A DNA stretch of 64,000 nucleotides from Camelus ferus. Lineage: Eukaryota. Numbering within the stretch: position 1 is the first letter of the stretch; every line of letters begins with the position of its first letter. Positions 38,555 to 51,445 of this stretch are shown piece by piece. Position numbers and translations under genes: made by a program. Below the pieces are notes generated by a model that worked only from the letters and a program-made list of their open reading frames with translations, was not told the DNA's origin and searched no databases. The stretch spans positions 6,946,001-7,010,000 of the forward strand of contig NC_045697.1 in assembly GCF_009834535.1 (NCBI RefSeq). Reading direction: 5' to 3'.

Positions 38555-38815
38555 TTGGGTAAGAGTCAGACACATGAGTGGTGTGACTTCAGCCTTGGGG
38601 TTGAATCCTAATTCTAACACTTGGGCAAATTATGCTGTGTGACCTTAAGCAAGCTACTTAGCCTCTCTGTGCCTCCATTTTCTCAACTATAGAATGAGGA
38701 TGAGTGCTTACCTCAAAGGAATATTAGGAGGATTGAATGCATTAATACTTGTAAAATTCTTAGAATACAGACCGGCACAGAGTAGGTCTCATATAAGTAT
38801 TTGTTAAATAAATAA
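38555..38815 (+). mobile_element. MIR SINE carrying a short foreign insertion
   Basis: gggttgaatcc...tgctgtgtgaccttaagcaagctacttagcctctctgtgcctccattttctc...gaggattgaatg. Confidence 0.85.
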
Positions 38816-39399
38816 ATTTTGCAATTTCAATAAGAAGCATCACTACCTCATTAACAAACAAATATTTACCTAACTCGCTCCCCCAACCCCCACAACCTCA
38901 CACGAAAGTAATAACAGTTCTTTTCTCTTTAGAAACTGAGAACAAACCAGATGGGTGACCCTTCAGGTCTTTTGTATCACTTAACTGCAATGTGGTTTAA
39001 AAACAAACAGAATCCGTGTTCTAAATGTTCAAAATGACACACCTGGTTTCCTAGTAGGGAAAGGTCAAATCTACATATTATTATAATTTGATGAACAACA
39101 AACAGCCTTGGCTGGATTGTGCGGGAAGTACCATGGATCTTCCAAAGAAGAGAGATTTATTTTTCAATGGAAAGAATTAAGGATAAATTATCCCAAGGAG
39201 AAGGAGGGATAGGTAAGGGAACGTTCACTCTCATAACTGCTATATTTGGTGCACAGTGAAATCACTCTGGGCTGTTAGGACAATCACAGAAGACTTTTTG
39301 GAGGAGGTGACACATATTTTGAATGAAGAAAGCTGAGGAGAGTTTGGAATAATAGAGAGGGCCATGACTTCTGACATTCAAAAGGTGCTGGATAGGCAT

Positions 39400-39580
39400 C
39401 AGACATCTCTCTTTGACACCCAGCCTTGGCCCTTTCAATGACCGTGGGGGAGTCACTTTCACACTTGTGAACTTTCTTCCCACCTGTAAACAGGGGTAAC
39501 AGCACCTGCCCTCACAGGGTTGTAAGGAGCGCTGCTGGCACATCTCACTGAGACAGCATATGTGAAAATGCCTGGCACGT
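39400..39580 (+). mobile_element. MIR SINE
   Basis: tttgacacccagc...tgaccgtgggggagtcactt...cacctgtaaacaggggtaacagcacctgccctcacagggttgtaaggag. Confidence 0.7.
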
Positions 39581-40899
39581 CTTCCAGTAGCTGCTTCCAA
39601 ACCTGCCTCCCAGTGCTCCGGGATGGACCTCTCAGTCTCCAGGAGGATACAGATCACATCAAACTCTTTATGTGCTCAAATAAGCAAGCAGAAATTGCCC
39701 ATTAGTCTACATATACCAGGAGAACAAAGAATGCTTTATTAAGTTTACCTTGTTCTCCAATCATTATGTTTTCCTTCTGCAGTGGTCACTGAGCTGTGTA
39801 ACTACCAGTGGTTATAGAACAGATAATAGAGCTTATTAGCATAATAGCCTGTAAAGGACAGCAGGAGAAAAAGGTCTGACACTAAATGCTCTGACAGAAT
39901 CCCTGGGATTTTAATTTCAAAATTAGGCCATTGAAGGAAGCAGGGGGTTCTTTGATGGGCACAGTATTTAGCACTAAGCCCAGAACAAGGATGGCAGAGG
40001 AACACTGACATCAGTATGCAGCAGGGTTGGGTAAAAGATATTTCAAGCTTTGGGGTAAAAACATCAAGACAACATTATTAAATACCATTGTTCTGCACTG
40101 AGACCCAGGCTTGTCTATTGGTGAAGGAGAAGACACATGAGTGGTGTGACTTCAGACCTCCCAGAAGGAAGGCATTAACATTTCCAAAGTGGCTATTACA
40201 TGACAAGCATGCCAGATCCTGAGACTGAGGAGATAAAAATAATCTCTACAATTATGCATAACATGATAATTGCTCTCACAGAGGGAATGCGGAGGAAGGA
40301 TGCCTAAGACGTGAATCTTTAGCCCAGGCTTCCAGGCTACAAATTCATCAGGAATTCATCAGGAGTTCCATGCATAAGAGTTAAATGGTGGATAAGTCTA
40401 TAGCTGGTCTGAGTATTACTCTCCAAACTCATATTTGCAAAAGTTGGCCCATTACTCATTATCTGTTTTTCTGAAATCAAATGAAACCTGATACTAAGCA
40501 CCTCCCTGCCAGGCTGTTGTAGAATTTAACAGAAGACATTCTGGTTTATTCCTCCCTGGGCATCATGAAATGCTCAGATGGTCTGGTAGGGACCTAGGTT
40601 CTGACTAAGTGTCTCTGTTCCCCTGTAACTTTGGTCTACACAGGTAACTATGGATATATTCATTGGCCAATGCCTGAACTGCCATCAGAGATATGTCTTG
40701 CTGCTTCTGGGTCAAGCTAGGGCACTGAGGGTCTTTCCTGAGACTAGGAACCTACTGCTCAGGGCCCAGCATCCTTCATGAGTAAGGTCCCCAGTGCCTT
40801 TTGAAGCTCTCATTGCCTCCAGGGACCTGCTCCCCATGGGACCATGGGCTTCTGTTCACCTCCTAGCTTGTAAATTTTTCCTACCTGTAGCATCAACAT

Positions 40900-42780
40900 T
40901 TTCTGCCTAAAACCTTCTACATGAACTTCTTGTGTACGTCACCTTATGCAAGGGTCAAACCTTCTTCAGGATTCACATCTAGGTGAACACTTGTTGGGTC
41001 AATCATATTCACATCTTCAACTTCATTAGATATTACCACAGTGCTCTCAAAGACAGCTACATGAATCTACCATCCCCCAAACGCATAGTTCTTCCCTTTC
41101 CCCAACATTCTTGGCAAAAGTGTGTACTACCAGAATTTTGTAAATTTCTGCCAATCTGGTATGTTTGTGAAGTGGTTTCCTTGGTGTGGTTTTGATTTTC
41201 ATTTTTCCTATTAGCAGGAAGGCTAAACATCTTTTTTCATTTTATTTATGGATTATTCATGTGTCTTTTCTGTATATTGTCTATTTGATCTTGTGCCCAT
41301 TTTCCATTAATTTTTTTGTAAAAATTATTTCCTTATGGATTTCTAAGAGCTTTTCTTAACTGCAGGAAACTAACCATTTGATAGTTACATATGTTGTCAA
41401 TTTCTTCTCACAGTCTTTTAATTAAACTGAAAGTCTTGATTTTAAAGTAGTAAATAAAATAAGCAATTATTTTATTGCTTATATATATTTTTTTCAAATA
41501 AATCTTTTCCTGCCCTGAGGTCTTAGATATTTTCTTCTGTATTTTCTTCTTAAAGTATTACAGTTCTGGGCCTTAAAATATGTCTGATATCAATTTTTGT
41601 TTATGGTGTGAGGCAGGGATTTAACTATTTTCCTCTCATTTGCCAGCACAATCTATTGACTATGCCATCTACCTCATATATCACGTTAACACACAAGTAT
41701 AGGACTATTTTAGGAATCTCTATCTGTGCTTTTCCATTCAATTGCCTAAAAATATGGTGATTTTAAATACTGTGATTTTGAAAGTCTTATATCTCATAGG
41801 GCACTTTCCCCCATCTTGTTTTTTGCTTCAAACTTGTCTTAGGCTTTTTGGTCCTTTGCTTTACATATAAATAATAGTAATGACTTGATAATGTCCATTA
41901 ACAACTCTGTTGAGATTGTACTGGATTAATATTTAACAATTAATTTGAGAAGATTAACATTTTTGTTATACTAAATCTTATATTCATAAATATTTATCTT
42001 TCTCCACTTACTAATATATTTTTAATATTATTTAACATATTCTTTAATAATTCTTTAATCTTTTACAACTTCTTCTATAAAGGTATAGTGCATTTTTTTG
42101 TTACATTTATTGCTGAGGATCTTATCATTTGTTGTTATAGTGGATGGGTTAATTTTATTACAGTCTCCAATTAATTATTATGAAGTATACAAATGCCATT
42201 GATTTCATATGCTAATCTTGTTTACAGCAACATAGATGCACCATCTTACTAGTTTTAATAGTTGTAAGTTTCCCAGCATTTTCTTTGTATATAATTCTGT
42301 CATTTCCATTTTTAATTATTCATATTATTCCTTTTTCTACTTTAGATAAGAGTTCTAAATATAGGACTAAATATAAGAGATGACTTCCAGGATACTTGTT
42401 CCATTAATTTAAATGCTTCTAAATGTCATCATTATGTACAATATTTGCTGAAAATTTTTAAAAGATGTCAATTTAAAGAATTTCTTTATATTCTTAACAT
42501 TTAAAATTTTATTTTTTTAAATATGAGAATTTAAGTTTTTTTTTCAGGTTTTGCACCTATTTAGATTAGTTTTTCTCTTGTAATCTAGTGATATGTTGCT
42601 TTAACTGATTTTCTAATGTTGAACTATCCTTGAATTTCTGAGGTAGGTTGTATTCATTTGCATTTGTTGGATTTAATGTTAGGATTTTCACATCATAATT
42701 CAGTATATAGATCAGTTTATAATTTTCTCTTTGGAAATGCTCTTTTGTGATTTAGGAATTTATTCTACTAAAGTGAGATA
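40900..42780 (-). mobile_element. Old L1M (L1ME-like) ORF2 fragment, ~1.9 kb
   Basis: Continuous reverse-strand ORF2-type sequence (tttttgtttatggtgtgaggcagggat; ccattgatttcatatgctaatcttg; tgattttctaatgttgaactatccttg). Confidence 0.8.
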
Positions 42781-42784
42781 AGGG

Positions 42785-42895
42785 TTTTTTTTTTTTTTTC
42801 AAAGTATAGTTGATTTACAATGTTGTATTAGCTTCTGGTGTGCAGCATAGTGATTCAGTTACACACACACACATATATTCTTTTTCATATTCTTC
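42785..42895 (-). mobile_element. Very short L1 3' end (cetartiodactyl L1_Art-like)
   Basis: Poly-T then aagtatagttgatttacaatgttgtattagcttctggtgtgcagcatagtgattcagtta...attctttttcatattctt. Confidence 0.8.
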
Positions 42896-44779
42896 AAACC
42901 TAAGTGCTCAATACATTAGCTTCTGTCATTAAAGTTATTATTGCTGTTGTTACTGTTGTCAGCCATGGGTCCTCTCTGCTTCCACCTCCACAGTCCTGCA
43001 AGTGAAGTGGGGCATGCATTTTTAACAATTACAAATTGCTTTTGCTCATTGAAAGCATTTCACACATGTTAAGTTCATTTGCTTGGTTTCAAATTGGAAC
43101 AACTTGCTTTCCCAAGGGGCAGTGTCCATTGTGTGGAATCCCTTTGGAAAATAAATAGCAGATATTGCCACCCTTGGATGATTCAGAAAAGCAGAGAAGG
43201 ACTCTAGGATCCTGTTTCTATGAGATTTTATCAGTGAGACAGGAGTGGCTTGCCAGTTCCCATTCTGTCCTCTGTGCCCTTCCCCACTAGGGATTGGGAA
43301 AACTACAGGAGCAGGGAGCCAGTGGAGCCACATACTGTCACTCCTCTGGAAGACTGATGGGTTTCTTTTCATATTCCCAAAGCTCAGGCTGTTTCCTTCT
43401 GCAGAGGGGCAAGGTGGCCCCCACCAGCTTCCAGGCTTTGAGAACAATGTCTGCATATCACTCAGGAAGAACCTTAGAGAGCAGCTGATGTGGAAACCAG
43501 AGATCTACAGCCCTCCAGGAGGAATTCAGAATGGAAACCCCACAGCATTCTGAGAGGAGGAGAGCCAGTGCCAGCTAAGCCCAGCTGGGATTCCATGAAG
43601 AAGGCTATTTCCTTCCCCTGCCTGCGATGCTGGCAGCTGGTAGAGCACACAGCATAGTCCCAAACAGAACTTGGGAACTTCAGAGGCTTTGATCTTTTTG
43701 GAGTAATCTCCTAACAAGAATTATAATTTTTAGTTTGCTGAGTTTGAAGATGCTGCTTAAGTAAGAAGCATCATTTACACAATGGTCATTTCTAAGTGAA
43801 AGTTCTCATGTAATTAAAAAGAATCCATACACACATGCAAGAAAACACACAAAAAAGTGTTTTCTTTCTCCTTATCTTTATACAGAGTGATGACTAGATT
43901 GATCATAATAGCAATCATTAGATGAAAATGATTTAGACATTTCCTAGTGAAACAACATGTGCATGTGTATACATGGTGAAAACATGGGTGTAAACCTACA
44001 ACGGTGACAGGAGTCAGGGCATGGCATCAGGATACCTGGGCTCCGTTTCTCCACCGCTAAGGTTTTCCTTACCCCAGTGTCCCTCCCTATATGAACCAGG
44101 GATGATGTTGGTGTGATGTCTCTCACAAGGCAGTCTTGAGACTCAAACACGGGAATGGATGTGAGATGCTTAAAAGTATAATCGCCCCTCAAATGTATTA
44201 TTTACTATGATTATCCTGGACTGCTATTTGCTGGTTGCTCACTACTTACATTTGAAACCAGCAATGAAGGAGACGACCTACTTTCCAACTATTTTAACAT
44301 CCCTTCCTATGAGATTTACATTAGGGTCTTTAGCACTATAAATGGCCTTGTTAATGTCATGAAATGGGCTTACTTCCATAGAATGTGTAGCAGATTCGAT
44401 ACATCCATGGGTTCACCGTACTATTCCTGTATAAGGAAGTTTTTTACACTCTCAGAGTTTTCAATTTACTCCTTGGTAAATTTGCTTGGCCCCCTCATCT
44501 CTTAACACCTTGCCTTGATATCTCCACATTTATCTTTGTTTATTCAGGTGATGAAGGCAAATTTTAATGGGCTTGGTAAGTAGATTTTTCCAGAATTAAA
44601 ATCTTCACCCATCACAAGGAAAACTTCTGAAGAGACCTGAGGCAATTTACATAACGAAATCCTCCTTAATCCTAATACTTTTCTTAATGTGGTTATATTT
44701 AATTTGGTCTTCACATTTAGAGAATTGCCAAGCTTCTAATTTTGTGACTTGTCTTCTAAACTGTTCCCTAGAGAAGTGT

Positions 44780-45012
44780 CCATTGTTCTTTCCATGTATT
44801 TCCTCACTACTTCTGTGAGTGTGGAATCTCTTCTGCTAACCTCCTGCTACTATGATTATGTGTGCACCTCATTCAGACTATATCAGAGAGTATGTACTTA
44901 GCTGTTTTTACTGAAAGGACAGACACTAGTTTATTTAACTTATTAGCATTGGCATAATGCCTAGCACATAAGGAGGATCGATGAGTATTTGTTGAATGAA
45001 TTAATGACTGAA
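44780..45012 (+). mobile_element. L2 3' tail
   Basis: ggcataatgcctagcacataaggagg...tatttgttgaatgaattaatga. Confidence 0.65.
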
Positions 45013-45042
45013 TAAGTGATGGCTAGCTACATTTTTCTGATT

Positions 45043-48000
45043 TCTCACGTGGTTGTTTGAATCCATGGAGAGGCAGATGCCAAGATGAAAACTGCATGTG
45101 CAAGGGATTTACTGGGGAAATTGTGAATGAGAAAGGTGAGACATCAGAGTAGGTGGGGAGAGCAGGCAGATCACAATGATGTTCATATACCTGTGAAAGG
45201 AGACGAGAAGGAAAGATTGAGTAGGAAGAGCCTCAGACCCAGGACAGGGATCTGAGACAGGCCTCTAGACTGATGGGAGTTCCTGAGCTGATGGCACCCA
45301 TGAGAAGTGTCCTACATCAAGAGAAATGGGGCAGAACCAGTGTCCCTATCAGGTTCAGTCATTGTGTTAGAGCAGGCAGATAGCTAGATATGAGCAGAGA
45401 AAGGGGGACACAGACCAAATGAGAGGAATTGGGCAGAAAGGAGGGGCACAAGCCAAATGCAGGAAACCGCACATCATGTAAGCAGCAGGGGTCCCTGGGC
45501 AGACAAGGAAAAACAGGAACCTTTGGGCTAATAAGGGATCATGGTTTTTGGGGTGACAAGTGGCCTGGAGAAGAACAAACAAAGGTGAGAAAAGGCAGGG
45601 ATTTCCAGTGTCCGAATGTAACCTTTTGCTCATTATGCCCTCATTTCAATAAAATTAGCCTTGCAGATCAGACGTACCCATCATGCACCAATGCCATGAC
45701 ACTTCCGATCCAGACTAAATAAAGACAAAACTCCCTCCTCCCTTTGGGAAGGTGGAGTTGGGATGATAATCAGGAAATACGACCCCAAACCCTTCCCTCC
45801 CCAGTGAATATTCTGCCCATTAATTTTTACACCCTATGTAGCTAACTTGCCAAAGAAACTCAGGGCAGCTGCTCACCTGAGCCTGCCCGCTCTCCCCCTG
45901 AGAGTGTACCATCCATCCTTAAATAAATCCTCACTTTACCTTTCTTAACCACTACGTTTTATCTTTGATTTCTTTCTGGGACAGGACGAGAACTTGGAAC
46001 ACCAGTTGCATCTATCGGCAACAATTGGATGGGGCCAGCCTGAGGGAAGTGTGGTCTCAGCATTCACCATGGCTGCAGCTGGGTATCCTGTCAGTCAAAT
46101 ACACTCCCTGCAGCTGCTGCTCCTGGAGAAAGATCTGAGCAGTGGAGTTCCATGGCCACCAAAGTACATCCTTGGTGCCATGCTGGTCCACTTCTCCATA
46201 TAAGACCCTACCCTAGCAGGGGACAGTTCAGAATCATGCCCAATAGTCCTTGCAATGTCTGGCTGTTTCCCTTTCTCCAGTGCATACTCTCCCTATAAAC
46301 AGCTCTAGGTCCCTTTGGGGGAGGACTGGGGACAGTATTACAGGACAGACTTGCAGCAGCATTGTAGAGTCCTCCCCCTAGGGACTCAGCTACCCCTTTA
46401 TTTCATGGCTTCTGGACCTAATATTGGGCTCAGAGACTACAGCTGAGCAAAGGATCATGACTTATTATTGAAGTGGTTGCCTCCATCTCCTGCTCCACCA
46501 TTCTTGCTTTTTTGTTGCTGTTGTTACTTGTTATGAATTAATAGCATCCTTGCTGACTGACTGCCCATCTCTTTTTCCCCAGGGACGCCATGTACTGTTA
46601 CCTGTCTCCAGGACTGTATGTAGATCAAGTCCTCTTGGTTGCCTTTTTGGCCTTGACAGTTGTAGTAGTAATTGCATCCTCCTTGCTTCTGGCTGGTAAA
46701 GGCTACTGCCTGCTTCTCTTGCTCCAAGACTTGTCATCCCCATACTATTGACAATCTCAGTTCTGGGATCACCTCTCCTATCTCTCATCCTGGCCAGTGG
46801 AGGAAAAGCCACCACTGAATATTTTGGTGAAGCTCTCAGCAGTGTGTCTCTGATGGTTTTGGTGTGTCCTGTAATCCCCTCTGTGGAATATAATCATTTG
46901 GTGGGTCTTGTAGCCCTAATATTATGTTGATTCCACATGCTTACTACTCTAGACCCTTGATTTCTTCTCCTACCAGATGCCAGGGCAACTCAAGCATTTC
47001 TACTTTGCTCAACTGAGGCCAGTTTAGGAGTCAATTTGCCTTATTTCTCTGGGACCCTTGCCAAAATGTTAACTCCTATGTCCTGAAAAAGTGGCCACAA
47101 TTTAAAAGCTTCTTACCTATCCAGTCTTATGTGCTGGCCCTTGATGAAGCATGCCCCAAATCCAACAGCAGCAGTACCGTACCCATTTGGCTGACTAATT
47201 TGTGTATCTCCTTTGACATGTAATCTTCTTCCTCCTGTATCAGGCTGAGCAGGCCTCTGGTTGATTTATGCTAGGATTTAACCCTGGTTATTGATCTGGC
47301 AGCTGAGGAAGGAGTTGAGGGCATCTGCCAAGGTGGTAAGGGACCTGTCTTGTGGGGAACAAGTTTCTGCAGCATCTTCTAATCCAATAGAAGTGTTAGC
47401 TCTTAGTAGGAACTAGCAGGACACTCCTAAGCTGTGAGGTTTCAGGGGCTTCTGCAGAGCCAGAATCCTTGGGGATCCATTTAGGTGTCCTTATTCCATA
47501 TTTCAGAGGTCAATATTCTTGCATCCAGGGCCCAGACTTTAGCATAACAGACTTGCTTTGGCTGAAAATTTAGTTATGTTTCTCTGCAACGATCAGGTCC
47601 CGAATCTTCTTGTCAAGATCTGTCTGCTCTTCCAATGCATGAAGTAAGAGCTTCTTTATTAGACACCAAAGTGCTCCTCTGGCTCTACACTTAGCCTCTG
47701 CTCGTTAATAGTTTTTCATTATTCTCCTCTAGGGCATAAATACAACTTAGGCATAACCAGCCAACTCCACTGTCCTTATAAGCATCGGGCACCTCATACA
47801 TTGCCAATGCCAGAAACATTACATTGCAAGTGGGATCTCCTCCCCAGGCCAAGTGTCCCCACTGTCCAGTCATTGGCTGTGAGCAACCTGAGTGAATCAT
47901 GGCCTCAGAACATACATGGTAGTGGGTCAGAGGTGCACCTGCTGGGGTTGTCATTCAATTATTTCTCCCCAAAGCAAGTGACCTGAGCAGCACATTTTCA
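45043..48000 (-). mobile_element. ERVL (LTR16E / ERV3-16A3-like) proviral remnant: 3' LTR 45043-46163, internal gag region, partial 5' LTR ~47850-48000
   Basis: LTR16E motifs (cctgtgaaaggagac..gtaggaagagcctcagac; cagtcattgg; agatctgagcag..catggccacc); PPT-like junction at 46164; reverse frame near 47170-47260 reads GLLSLIQEEEDYMSKEIHKLVSQ (ERVL gag EE.DYTPKEL); second cagtcattggctg LTR segment at ~47868. Confidence 0.78.
45365..46023 (+). mobile_element. ERV1-class solo LTR (copy 3 of 3), inserted into LTR16E
   Basis: tgttagagcaggcagatagctagatatgag...aataaa...ggcaaca; TG..CA; perfect 4-bp TSD ATTG (45361-45364 / 46024-46027); removing it restores cagtcattggatgggg. Confidence 0.93.
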
Positions 48001-48489
48001 AAAATGCTTGATGTCTTCCTGAGATGCTTCTTCTGTCTTAAATGCAACACTGACTCCTAAAATGTAATGGGAAGATTCTCACTCCAGGATTGCATAGGAT
48101 GCAACAACAATGATCAGATACCAAGCTGCTAGTTTCCTTTTACAATGTCTCTAGTCCTATTGATGCATCTCTAGATAATTATCATCCTACATACTCCCAG
48201 GGCAGCACCTGCCCCAGGTGACCTGACCCTTCACAAATCCTTTAATTATGCAAGCAGATCGTGTTTACCTTCTTCATGCATGGCAAGACAGAGTAATGGC
48301 AGAGGAGGGGAGGACAAATGTGAAGGTATTAAATGTATTTATGCAGAAGTCAAAGCCAAGTTTTGCCTGGAATATTGATGTGGAAGTGGTGGGAGTTCAT
48401 CTAAAGACCTGTTAAATAAGAAAGACATTTTGTCTCTTCTCTACTTAGAGATTTTGATAAAATGACTGAGTAGATTCAGGCAAGGAAAA

Positions 48490-48665
48490 TTAACATGTAT
48501 TGACTACCCGTCACGTGCCAGGCATGAGGCTTGATGGTTCTGCAAGTATATTCGCCTTTAATTCTCACAACAACCCTAAGAGGTAGGTGCTCGCATCATT
48601 TAAAAAATAGGGGAATTTAAATTCAAAGAGATGAAGTGATCTGTCTGAACTCCCTTAACGTATAA
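48490..48665 (-). mobile_element. MIR SINE
   Basis: catgtattgactaccc...gtgccaggcatg...tttaattctcacaacaaccctaagaggtaggtg. Confidence 0.8.
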
Positions 48666-48769
48666 ATGACAATACACAAAGGACTAAACAGCTTAATTTT
48701 CTTAATTAATTAATTAATTATATTCACAAACTGTTAGCACCTACAAACTTCAGAGATCATTCCATAGAT

Positions 48770-48977
48770 CAAGATTTGGGAAGATTTTTCTGTAAAGGTT
48801 TAGAAAGTAAATATTTGAAGCTTTGTGGAACAGACAGTTTCTGTCACAACGACAACTGTTGTAGTACACAAAAGGCCATAGAAAACATATAAGTGAATGG
48901 ACATGGTTATGTTCCAATAAAGCTCTCTATGAAACTACACATTGGCTTTTGCCCATGAGTCATACGTTGATGCCCTG
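48770..48977 (+). mobile_element. MER58A (hAT-Charlie non-autonomous element)
   Basis: ttttctgtaaagg...agtaaatatttgaagctttgtgg...tctgtcacaac...gccatagaaaac...tgttccaataaa...ccctg; orientation nominal. Confidence 0.82.
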
Positions 48978-50065
48978 GGCTTTAGAGGAAAAAATATCAT
49001 AGCTCAGCGAGTTGAAGGAACTTGCCCATTGATCACGTCACACTTACTGGCAGAGCCAATGCTAAAATAAAGGTCCTTTCCTCCCAGTGTATAATGAATC
49101 CACTGCACCAAGCTTCTCTTTTAGGGTCTTCCTCTATTTCAAGACACTGGAATATGACACTTACAAAAGAGGAGAAAGAGAGGAGAATGAAAGGCAGCCT
49201 GTGGAGGGCTTGCAAGGCCACCATGAGCAGGCATTGGGAAGACACTGCAGGTTAACAGGGAAGTTCCTTGATAATGAATTGGGCATGCTAGAGGCCAGAC
49301 ATAGGAGGATGCATTCAGAGGTGACTGCAGCGTTCTGACAGTGACCCTGAATAGTGAGAGATTTATACCAGGCTGCTGTGGTGGGCATTAATGTAAGATA
49401 CAGATGGCATGGTAGAGGACATGAGATTTGCTGACTGTTTGGGAGCATAGACACGGCTTGTGGGCGGAGGGTAGCAAGCAGCAGGCCGGGCACAGTGCAG
49501 TCGCAGCTGCATGTCAGCGTGACTGATACAATGGCAGCTCCATAAACAAAACAGAAAATTAAAAGTTACTGAGCAGGAGGAAAGATGCATTGTGCAATTG
49601 ATGTATCTTAAGGGATCATAGAATCTTGCTTTAGATGCCCAAAACCTGAAATTGATGGCTGCCTATTGAGGAGAGGTTGATGCCAGAGACACAGCTGGGG
49701 GAGCCAGCAGCTCTGGTGCAATCAGAGAGGGCGGATCAGATGACTCAAAGACAGGACCATGGACAAGCTGGTAAAGGAAAGAAGAAGCAAAAGAAGACAA
49801 AGTGCTGATCAGGGAGTTAGATGGAACCAGGAGAGGCCAGCATAGCAGAAGCTGGAGGAAGATCTGTTTGCAGCTCTCTGTGCCTTTGCATGAAGAGCTA
49901 GCTCTTCATCACACCCCCATATCCCTCCCACATCCCGTCTCCCATGTGAGTCCTCACTGGTCCTTCTGGGCTGCATGGAAGCATCACCCCCTCACCAGGA
50001 GGCCCACCTGCTCCTGCCCCAACTCTACTGAGCTTAGGGGAATGGAAGGCACATTTCTCTGCACC

Positions 50066-50621
50066 TGAAGGCATTTTAAGACGTGCCACCCCAAAATATG
50101 CCACTTTGGTGTATTGATTATTTTGGGCTGAATTCACTTGTAAAACAGCAAACGCAGGGGAAGTTTTCTCTGAACTCCCCTTATCTGCCTAAAGACAGAT
50201 CCTTCAAAAGGAACTAAATTGTCCTAAGTCCCTTCCCTGGAAGTTTTATCAACCAGAGAAGATGGACTTATCACAGGAAAGGAGACTAGGATTTGACACC
50301 ACAGCCAGACAAACTTTTCACAAACTATCACACCTCCCAACTATTTTTCCAAGGACCCATTCATCTTCCCTGAAAATTACATTATCTCCCCTAAGGGTCC
50401 TATGAGCCCTCTCTCCTCCTCTTATTAAGCTGGTATATAAGCTCTCAAATCTCATCATATTTTGGGTATTCACTTTTTTTCTGTGATGCTCTCATCCATG
50501 TATATTTAAAATGAATACATTTGTATACCTTTTCTCCTGATAATCTGCCTGTCATCAATTTATTTCATAGACTCAGCAATCAAACCTAGGAGAGTGGAAG
50601 GAAAGTCCTTCCTCTCCTGCA
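50066..50621 (+). mobile_element. MER34-family ERV1 solo LTR
   Basis: tgaaggc...tgccaccccaaaatatgccactttgg...gattattttgggctgaa; tatataag TATA; ...ccttttctcctgataatctgcct...ctcctgca; TSD cacc/cagc (3/4). Confidence 0.88.
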
Positions 50622-51309
50622 CAGCCCTCCATGTCCCATGATACCTTATACCCACATTCTACTCTTCTGCCTCTGAATCCACACCCCATGGAGGAGGCGG
50701 CTCTGGAACATTCACAGGTAGGAGGGAAAGGGGAACAGATACAGGACTTGATTTTCAACCATACTTCCTGAGGCTCTGGAATAGTAAAACACACTATCTC
50801 TCCTCTGAGTCTTCAGAAAGAATTCAACTCAGATGCTGTGTCGTGTGATCCCAGTACAAATATCTGTTTCCTGGTCAAGTCCAGAGAGAGAAGCAGAGGT
50901 CAGCCCCGTGAGGGTAGCATCCAGCACATCCTGTTTGTACAGTATCCCTGTCACCTAGCACAGTCCCAGGCCCTGGGATAGAAGAGATGCAGAATAAATC
51001 TTTGTTCAATAAATGAGCATATAAATGAGTGATTATCAAAGAGCAAGACAAGTGTTGTAACAAAGATATATCAAGTACAATCAAAGCATAGAAGAGGCAG
51101 AAATTCACTTCCCAGGGGGAAGATGGGAAAGAATTGCTGAAATGATGTAACTTTTGAGCAGGATCATGAAGAATGAATATACGTTAATGAGCTGAGCGTC
51201 ATATCCTAGAATCTCATTATAATAGACCTTATAAATGTGTACATTTTGGAAATAGAAAGTGAGGGGAAATAAAGGTCCAAGGGGAACTTGCATCTTACAT
51301 CTACTCAGT

Positions 51310-51445
51310 GTGGACACTTGCAGGCATGGTGTTCCTTTTTAACATTTATAACAGCACTTTGAGGTGGGTTTTATAATTGCTTCAATTTTAACAACAGGGA
51401 AACTGAGGCTCAGGGAAACTAACATTCTTTTCCCAAGGTTGTGCT
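51310..51445 (-). mobile_element. MIR SINE fragment
   Basis: gaggtgggttttataattg...gggaaactgaggctcagggaa...cccaaggt. Confidence 0.7.

Noticed and set aside
4934..46023. Giant provirus or composite element bounded by the two direct LTR copies
   Set aside because: Each LTR has its own distinct TSD, and the 40 kb between them is ordinary host DNA with older repeats.
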